Shown: positions 5,091-6,357 of the stretch, one piece after another
Position numbering within the stretch: position 1 is the first letter of the stretch
Layout of the letters: each line of letters opens with the position of its first letter
Source of the DNA: a virus
DNA: 6,357 nucleotides
Reading direction: 5' to 3' (one strand)
Virus genome (UHGV): UHGV-1371426
Position numbers and translations under genes: made by a program
Notes under the pieces: model-generated
Told to the model about the DNA's origin: nothing
Database searches by the model: none
Seen by the model: the letters and a program-made list of their open reading frames with translations, nothing else

Positions 5091-6317
5091 ATGGGATTTT
5101 TAAGTAAATTAAACCCGAATAGTTGGTTTGGCTCTGCCCTTAGTGGCGGAGCTTCCCTTATTGGTAATGTTGTCGGCAATATTCAACAGAATGCCAATAT
5201 TGACAAACAAATAGCCTTTCAACGCGAGGAAAACGAGAGAGCAAGAGCATTTAATAAGGCTATGGCAGAACAAGCAAATCAATGGAGTATAGACCAATGG
5301 AATAGAGAAAATCAGTATAATAGTCCTGAAGCTATGCGCCAACGTCTTCGTGACGCAGGTGTTAATGCTGATTTATTCTACGGTGGTAATGCACAAAATA
5401 CTGCCTCTTCTTCCCCTTCAGTTACTCCTGTTGCTCCTGCTATACCTACGGACGTTTCTGCTATCGGACAGAAGGCTACGATTGGAGATATTACCAACAA
5501 TGTTGTAAACCAATCTCTTGCAGCTGCACAGATTCGGAAGCTAGAAGCTGATAAAGGCAAGACAAAACAAGAAACTGAAAATCTTAAGATTGAAGGTAAA
5601 ATCCTCTCTGCTGATGCTCTCACTCGTGCCGCACTAAATGAGCAGGCTTTAGAAATTGGACGATCTACCATTTATGTGAATCATTCTATTGGAAAGCTGA
5701 ATCACAAAGAGGCTGAGTTAGCTTCTGCCCGTATAACCGAAGCTGCTGCTAATGCAAATTTATTGTACCAGAAGGCAGATGAAGTGAAAGCTAATATTCG
5801 GAATATCAATGCGAATACAGCCGCTACTCGTTTTGGCATGATGATGCGCTCTAAAGAATTCCGCCAGCGTGTTGCCGAATTTCAAGAACAGGTTCGTGTT
5901 AATGATTCTACTATACGCTTGAATTATGAACAGGCTGCTACCTTCCTTGCCACTCGTGCTGCTACTGTATTGAATATAAATGCCGATACAGCTTTAAAAT
6001 CTGCTGGTGTTAAGACGCAGTATACTACCCGCACCGAAATACGTGCTCGCACTAGTATGTATGAAAAGCTTGACCGCCTTGTGAATATTCAGGGAGACCA
6101 AGCTGCGTTTAATCTTGACTCGGATAAGACTTTCAAGAATCTTGAACGTGGTGTTGGTTTAGCTACTGGTATTGTTGATTCTCTTTCTGGTGTTATCCAA
6201 TCTGCCGGTTCCTTTATTTCCGGAAGTGGTTCTATGCTTGGAGGTCTTGGTTCTCTACAAAACTCCATGAATCATATTCCTACCGCTCATAAACCTGTCG
6301 GTGGTTTCAGACACTAA
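5091..6317 (+). CDS. DNA pilot / minor capsid protein (Microviridae VP2, functional analogue of phiX174 gpH).
   Basis: 408 aa. The N-terminus is Gly-rich (SWFGSALSGGASLIGNVVGN), followed by the conserved VP2 motif QYNSPEAMRQRLRDAGVNADLFYGG (aa 75-99, compare YNSP..Q..RL..AG.NP in gokushovirus VP2). A long Ala/Glu/Lys/Asn/Gln-rich central region is consistent with a coiled coil, and the C-terminus has a Gly/Ser-rich tail (SGSGSMLGGLGSL). Confidence 0.85.
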   Translation: MGFLSKLNPNSWFGSALSGGASLIGNVVGNIQQNANIDKQIAFQREENERARAFNKAMAEQANQWSIDQWNRENQYNSPEAMRQRLRDAGVNADLFYGGNAQNTASSSPSVTPVAPAIPTDVSAIGQKATIGDITNNVVNQSLAAAQIRKLEADKGKTKQETENLKIEGKILSADALTRAALNEQALEIGRSTIYVNHSIGKLNHKEAELASARITEAAANANLLYQKADEVKANIRNINANTAATRFGMMMRSKEFRQRVAEFQEQVRVNDSTIRLNYEQAATFLATRAATVLNINADTALKSAGVKTQYTTRTEIRARTSMYEKLDRLVNIQGDQAAFNLDSDKTFKNLERGVGLATGIVDSLSGVIQSAGSFISGSGSMLGGLGSLQNSMNHIPTAHKPVGGFRH

Positions 6318-6324
6318 TGTAATT

Positions 6325-6348
6325 GGCGTCCCTGTTCGGACGCCTTTT
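6325..6348 (+). terminator. Rho-independent terminator-like hairpin after VP2.
   Basis: ggcgtcc (6325-6331), loop ctgttc, ggacgcc (6338-6344): a perfect 7-bp GC-rich stem followed immediately by TTTT (6345-6348), starting 8 nt after the VP2 stop. Confidence 0.55.
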
Positions 6349-6357
6349 ACGATTTCT

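Noticed and set aside
5109-5671. Minus-strand ORFs 5109..5342 and 5378..5671 inside VP2
   Set aside because: Antisense to VP2, which carries a conserved motif in the sense frame. The antisense translations are low-complexity.
1-6357. CRISPR array, tRNA/rRNA genes, integrase/att sites or host flanking genes
   Set aside because: No spaced direct repeats of CRISPR type, no tRNA-like cloverleaf candidates, no tyrosine or serine recombinase-like ORF, and no non-viral genes were recognisable. The window appears to be purely viral.

Overview
The whole window reads as one compact Microviridae-type ssDNA bacteriophage genome, and at about 6.36 kb it may be the complete circular genome. All credible genes are on the + strand and tightly packed. 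No host genes, tRNAs, rRNAs or CRISPR arrays are visible. In order: (1) a rolling-circle replication initiator (VP4/gpA-like HUH endonuclease, 123..1511) with recognisable motifs I (FITCTY), II (HYHAIL) and III (YVMKY); (2) a cassette of three small ORFs at 1544..2237, the last with an N-terminal signal-peptide/TM segment ending in a cysteine; (3) the major capsid protein (VP1/F-like, 2239..3972), whose conserved C-terminal region continues in the -1 frame at 3933/4035..4487, so the gene is frameshifted, erroneous or recoded; (4) a 285-nt AT-rich intergenic region with a conspicuous GC-rich alternating purine-pyrimidine quasi-palindrome and two small hairpins; (5) a 103-aa Cys/His-containing ORF at 4776..5087; (6) the VP2/gpH-like DNA pilot (minor capsid) protein (5091..6317) with the conserved YNSP..RL..AG.N motif, followed by a terminator-like hairpin. 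The AT-rich codon usage, weak Shine-Dalgarno sequences, large Rep and roughly 750-aa capsid protein suggest a Bacteroidetes-associated (Alpavirinae-like) microvirus; this is inference only. The points most worth follow-up are the split capsid gene, the small membrane/lipoprotein candidate immediately upstream of the capsid gene (possible lysis or exclusion function), and the GC-rich hairpin island as a candidate origin or primosome site.
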